The notes beneath the pieces are model-generated. The model was not told the DNA's origin. It ran no database searches and saw only the letters and a list, made by a program, of their open reading frames with translations. A stretch of 63,943 nt of DNA, counting the filler, from Octopus bimaculoides (taxonomy: Eukaryota), in NCBI RefSeq assembly GCF_001194135.2. It is 6 parts of 6 records of this genome, joined end to end, with 100 filler letters (N's around TTAATTAATTAA, not from the genome) between each part and the next. Parts side by side here need not be neighbours in the genome. Positions count along the whole stretch, not along the records: positions 62,119 to 63,943 come from NW_026370174.1; 5 more parts are not named here. One strand, given 5' to 3'. Numbering within the stretch: the first letter of the stretch is position 1; the number at the start of each line of letters is the position of its first letter. The translations under genes and the position numbers were made by a program. Below are positions 63,642 through 63,943 of the stretch, piece by piece.

Positions 63642-63694
63642 GCCGACCTCGATAAAGAGTGGAGTCCTCCTGTTGTTCCAGAGGTCCCTAAAAG
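63642..63694 (+). CDS. LRRIQ1-like gene, exon d
   Basis: Acceptor ataatttctcccttacAG, donor AAG|GTAATC. ADLDKEWSPPVVPEVPK continues in phase and resembles the AALEEEW segment of LRRIQ1. Confidence 0.8.
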
Positions 63695-63832
63695 GTAATC
63701 TACTAATCTACCCTTGTCTACTTTTATCCAATCTCATCTAATCTCATCTCATCAATTTTCTGTTCAATCATTGTTTCTGATCTTCATGGAATATGTGGTC
63801 CAAAATAACTTAAACTGCCTTTAAAGAACTCC

Positions 63833-63867
<35 letters not shown>

Positions 63868-63943
63868 GCATACACACACGCATGCATGCACGTACAGTTA
63901 TAAATGACATCACTTCCCCACCTCTCCCATCACTCCCCCTCCA

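Overview
Eukaryotic, AT-rich, gap-ridden genomic window full of microsatellites. The SINE families and repeat landscape suggest an octopus (cephalopod) genome; that is inference, not a database match. Five 100-nt spacers (44 N + TTAATTAATTAA + 44 N) are assembly linkers, so the window is a concatenation of contigs. Almost all ORFs in the supplied track are artefacts of N-runs and microsatellites. Well-supported features: one tRNA-Asp(GTC); four spliced exons at the right end encoding an IQ-motif protein resembling the LRRIQ1 C-terminal region; a near full-length maT-like (DD37D-type) and a truncated mariner transposon; a Tc1 fragment; an R4/Dong-like LINE fragment; two Tx1/L1-like LINE pieces; and many tRNA-derived SINEs of three families. 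The most interesting region is 20.8-25.4 kb, a dense stack of different Penelope-like-element (PLE) modules. Most are fold-back (inverted-repeat) structures separated by (TA)n, and together they carry eight type-I hammerhead-ribozyme-like motifs read by eye. One module encodes a GIY-YIG endonuclease whose two signature tyrosines are separated by 161 residues of repeat-derived sequence. Other leads are a Tx1-like LINE embedded in (TATC)n, a motif-dense candidate bidirectional promoter, a possible recursive splice site, candidate small exons, and a decayed LRR/IQ-like segment. No rRNA or CRISPR array was seen.
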